Shown here piece after piece: positions 60,675-64,000 of a stretch of 64,000 nt of DNA (within the stretch, counting starts at the first letter, position 1; each line of letters opens with the position of its first letter). A model generated the notes under the pieces. The model was not told where the DNA came from and searched no databases. It saw only the letters and a program-made list of their open reading frames with translations. The stretch lies in NCBI GenBank assembly GCA_965232115.1, contig CBDDPD010000001.1, positions 16,626-80,625 of the forward strand, read 5' to 3'. This stretch comes from Candidatus Poribacteria bacterium. Its GTDB lineage: Bacteria > Poribacteria > WGA-4E > WGA-3G. The translations under genes were made by a program, and so were the position numbers.

Positions 60675-61451
60675 ATGAAAGGCACAAGACCCCTTGACAA
60701 CACAGAAATCCGACTTGTTTCCGCCTGCTTCGACGGCACGTTCGAGGCACGCAACCGCGGGCTCTTCATGCTCGGTGTGAGCACAGGCGGCAGAATAAGC
60801 GAGCTGCTAAGCCTGACGATCGGCGATGTCTATCAGAATCGTGCCGCGGTAACTGACTTGCTTTTTGATAAATCGATTGTCAAGGGGGGGGAAGTCTCCA
60901 GGGCGGTGCCGGTGAACGTCGATGGCAGGCAGGCAATCGAAAATCTTGTCAGTTGGCACCGGGAGCAATACAAGACGCTTGCACCGTCCCGACCGTTATT
61001 CCCTTCGAGAAACAGGAACGGATCTGTGGCGATGAACAGACAAACCGCTCACGAGATGCTCAAGAAAGCGTTTCAAGCCGCGGGACTCAACGGCAAGTTG
61101 GCAACACACAGTCTGCGGAAAAGTTTTGCACAACGTGTTTATGAGGAAAGTGGCGACATCTATTTAGTGCAGGAGCTGTTGGGGCATCGGAACGTCTCGA
61201 CAACCCAGAAGTATATCGGTGTGAATTACGCCACGGCACGGGAGGCAGTCGAAGCGATGGCGTTGGATGCGAAAGCGGCATCTTCTGAACGTGACAGAAC
61301 GGCACTTTTGTCGGGTTCATTCCAGTTTTTAGGTGGAGAACTTAAGCAAACCGCAGACGAAACGCTGTTTCTTGAGTTGGCTCTCCGCGGGTACGACCTC
61401 TCCAAATTGCGGGATGAGCCGACGACTGCGGAGATTATTGAAATCGCATAA
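60675..61451 (+). CDS. Tyrosine recombinase, catalytic domain only (resolvase/invertase-like)
   Basis: TGGRISE, HSLRK, LGHRN..TT.KY; no N-terminal core-binding domain. Confidence 0.9.
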   Translation: MKGTRPLDNTEIRLVSACFDGTFEARNRGLFMLGVSTGGRISELLSLTIGDVYQNRAAVTDLLFDKSIVKGGEVSRAVPVNVDGRQAIENLVSWHREQYKTLAPSRPLFPSRNRNGSVAMNRQTAHEMLKKAFQAAGLNGKLATHSLRKSFAQRVYEESGDIYLVQELLGHRNVSTTQKYIGVNYATAREAVEAMALDAKAASSERDRTALLSGSFQFLGGELKQTADETLFLELALRGYDLSKLRDEPTTAEIIEIA

Positions 61452-61493
61452 GATTCAATTTGTATTTTTTTGCTTTTTGTGATATACTCATAG

Positions 61494-61592
61494 AACTTGG
61501 CGGATAGGAGTATCAGCTCGGCGCGCCCCAGCGTCGAGTCCTATCCAACCTTCTGATACGGGTTGAACGCCAATTGCCAAGGGAAACCTTGT
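61494..61592 (+). ncRNA. Structured leader RNA, copy E
   Basis: P1 5' AACTTGGC with GCCAATT and GCCAAG; P2 GGATAGGA/TCCTATCC; P3 CTCGGCGC/GCGTCGAG; P4 AACC/GGTT; kissing GTATCAG/CTGATAC; promoter TTGTAT-17-TATACT (61460-61488). Confidence 0.72.
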
Positions 61593-61675
61593 TAACATTA
61601 ATTTTTTAATTTTCTGCCTGTGATCGTTTTTTGATCTGCTGCAACGGTGATGGTTCTCAACGTAGGTAAAATATT

Positions 61676-62707
61676 ATGATTAAAGCGATTGATTTCTTCT
61701 GTGGAGCAGGTGGTTTAACAAGAGGTTTGTTAAATGCCGGAATAGAAGTGTTAGCAGGAGTCGATAATGATAAAAGTCTGCGAGAAACCTATACACATAA
61801 CAATAAACCAATCCGTTTCATCAATAAAGACATCAATACAATCGACATCCATAAACTACGAAAAGAACTCAAAATTCAAAACGAAGATACAACACTTTAT
61901 GCTGCTTGTACACCCTGTCAGCCGTTCTCTACTCTTAGCAGACAGAATTGGAAAGATGATGACCGAAAAATATTGCTTCTAACTTTCGCTGAGATCGTGG
62001 AAGAATCTCCACCTGATTTTATTCTCGTTGAAAATGTGCCTGGTCTGAACAACGGTCCCGGGAAGGAAATTTACGACAGATTTCTGGAGATTCTGGAAGA
62101 TTGCGAGTTTTCAGATCCGGCAGCAGCTCTACTTGATGCTAAACACTTTGGGGTACCTCAAACACGACAACGGTTCATCCTTTTGGCATCCAAAAAAGGT
62201 TCAATCTCACTTCCTACCCCGATGACCGATCCAAGCCAGTTTGTGACAGTTAGAGAGTGCATTGGGGAGTACCCAGAGATTGCTGATGGAGCGGAATCAG
62301 AAGAGTATCTAAACCATAAGGCTAGAGAACTTAAATCTCATCATAAACGCATTGTTGAAGCAGTGCCGAAAAATGGGGGTAGTCGGGGAGACATAACTAA
62401 CACATCTATCCTGCTAAAGTGTCATCAAGAGAGACCAGATGCTCATAGAGATGTGTTTGGACGGATGGCATGGAATAAGCCTGCGCCAACGTTGACTTCT
62501 CGTTGTACGGATGTTTACTCTGGTCGCTTTATACATCCCGAACAGAATAGAGGCATTTCATTGCGTGAAGCCGCTGCTTTGCAGACTTTTAGCGATGATT
62601 ACGAATTTTTCGGGAGCTCCATTACCGGAATAGCTCGACAAATAGGTAACGCTGTCCCTGTCAAACTCGCTGAAAAATTAGGAGAATCAATTATTGACTC
62701 GTGTTGA
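61676..62707 (+). CDS. DNA (cytosine-5) methyltransferase
   Basis: DFFCGAGG, PCQPFS, ENV, Q.R.R, IGNAVP motifs. Confidence 0.93.
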   Translation: MIKAIDFFCGAGGLTRGLLNAGIEVLAGVDNDKSLRETYTHNNKPIRFINKDINTIDIHKLRKELKIQNEDTTLYAACTPCQPFSTLSRQNWKDDDRKILLLTFAEIVEESPPDFILVENVPGLNNGPGKEIYDRFLEILEDCEFSDPAAALLDAKHFGVPQTRQRFILLASKKGSISLPTPMTDPSQFVTVRECIGEYPEIADGAESEEYLNHKARELKSHHKRIVEAVPKNGGSRGDITNTSILLKCHQERPDAHRDVFGRMAWNKPAPTLTSRCTDVYSGRFIHPEQNRGISLREAAALQTFSDDYEFFGSSITGIARQIGNAVPVKLAEKLGESIIDSC

Positions 62708-62723
62708 TTAGAAGGAGACACTG

Positions 62724-64000
62724 ATGAATCATGACGAATCTGTACCAGAGAATTCCTATGAAATGAAATTTGATATTGGAACTATCAAACATCTTGGTTT
62801 GCAGATGTACTCAACACTACCTCCAGTAATTGGAGAATTGGTCGCGAACGCTTGGGATGCAAACGCAACTCGAGTTGATATTACGATACCGGACACACCT
62901 ATTGACCAAAAACGTTCAGAAATTACCATTGAAGACAATGGCATTGGTATGTCAGACAAGGACGTACGAGAAAGATACCTTATTATAGGTCGTGATCGTC
63001 GGGAACGTGAGGGGTCTGACAGAACGCCAGAACCTCTTAAACGTAGAATCATGGGTAGAAAAGGGATTGGTAAGTTTTCTGCTTTTGGAATCGCTAAGGA
63101 AATAGACGTAGAAAGTGTACAAAAAGGCAAAATTAGTCATTTTCTAATGAATTACGATGATCTGTTGGAGAAAGAGCACGAAAGGATTATTCATTTGCCT
63201 CAGTTAGATCCTACAGGCACTATTTCTAACGGAACAAAGATAATTCTTAGAAATATTATAAGATTCAAAAATCGTAGTATTTCAATTGGAAGACTACGCC
63301 GAGGACTCGCTAGAAGATTTGCTGTCATTGGGCAGAACGACTTTAAGGTTGTCATTAACGGCAAGCCAATAACACTAGAAGAGCGGGACTTGCAAAGCAA
63401 GCTTGCAAAGGACGAGGATGGAAACCCGTATTTATGGGAATATTCTGGAATAGAGATAAAAGAGGGGACTGGCTGGACAGTGACAGGTTGGATCGGTGCC
63501 CTGGATCGAGCAAGACAAGATGAGGATGAGATAGACAAAGATAAGAAAGACAATATAGATACTGGTATTGTTCTCATGGCAAGAGATAAACTGGTACAAG
63601 AACCTTTTGTTTTTGAGGCAGATGTCGGTCAACAGTTTGCCCTTTCTTATCTCACTGGTGAACTTCACGTTGAATTTACTGACGAAGTAGAAGATACGAT
63701 CGCTACTACCCGAAATTCATTAGTGTGGGACGCAGAACCGAATGAAGCTCTCAAAGAGTGGGGGCGAAAAGAAGTTAATAAAATAGCGTCTGAGTGGGCT
63801 GATAAACGCCGTGAAGATAATGAACGCAAGTTGCAAGGACATCCGATATATATTAAATTCAAAGAAGAGGCAGGGAAAATAGACAAAAAACTTGAATTTA
63901 AACGGGCAGACCAATTAATCCAACAATTAATACTGAAATCGCTTGATAAGAGTCCTAATGCTGAAATTGAGGACTTTGAACCGTTGGTTGATATGTTTAT
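62724..64000 (+). CDS. MORC-like GHKL ATPase, partial (likely restriction partner)
   Basis: AAGGAG RBS; ELVANAWDA, EDNGIGM, GRKGIGK; frame appears open to window end. Confidence 0.85.
   Translation, partial: MNHDESVPENSYEMKFDIGTIKHLGLQMYSTLPPVIGELVANAWDANATRVDITIPDTPIDQKRSEITIEDNGIGMSDKDVRERYLIIGRDRREREGSDRTPEPLKRRIMGRKGIGKFSAFGIAKEIDVESVQKGKISHFLMNYDDLLEKEHERIIHLPQLDPTGTISNGTKIILRNIIRFKNRSISIGRLRRGLARRFAVIGQNDFKVVINGKPITLEERDLQSKLAKDEDGNPYLWEYSGIEIKEGTGWTVTGWIGALDRARQDEDEIDKDKKDNIDTGIVLMARDKLVQEPFVFEADVGQQFALSYLTGELHVEFTDEVEDTIATTRNSLVWDAEPNEALKEWGRKEVNKIASEWADKRREDNERKLQGHPIYIKFKEEAGKIDKKLEFKRADQLIQQLILKSLDKSPNAEIEDFEPLVDMF

Noticed and set aside
6770-61592. Leader elements as integron attC sites
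   Set aside because: No conserved RYYYAAC/GTTRRRY ends; they follow promoters rather than gene ends; the recombinase shows no evident IntI-specific insertion.
61653-61665. 13-bp match GTTCTCAACGTAG to the start of leader copy A
   Set aside because: Short and isolated; cannot be distinguished from chance.
1-64000. tRNA, rRNA, DGR or retron
   Set aside because: No cloverleaf, rRNA-like sequence or reverse transcriptase motif seen by eye.

Overview
This window is most of a temperate siphovirus-like phage-plasmid. A leftward virion operon (terS, terL, portal, protease/scaffold, capsid, head-tail, lysis, tail tube, chaperones, tape measure) spans about 1-27.2 kb and is interrupted by an oppositely oriented cargo block (6.3-12.0 kb). 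Small rightward genes occupy 27.6-37.2 kb around a ~1.4 kb gene-free, heavily self-complementary region. A defence island (37.3-49.4 kb) encodes a PD-(D/E)XK nuclease, a type III R-M system with two mod genes, DprA, a GmrSD-like protein and a TIR/HNH operon. A plasmid module (51.5-61.5 kb) has a Rep_3 initiator with iterons, parA/parG-like genes and a tyrosine recombinase, followed by a C5 methyltransferase and a GHKL ATPase. The host is tentatively Poribacteria-like (inference only). The top finding is a ~90-nt RNA fold, conserved in structure but not sequence, at the predicted transcription start of five cargo/defence operons, with a truncated sixth copy. It has a kissing-loop pseudoknot and a tandemly duplicated P1 3' strand. 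All pairings were found by eye and no searches were run.
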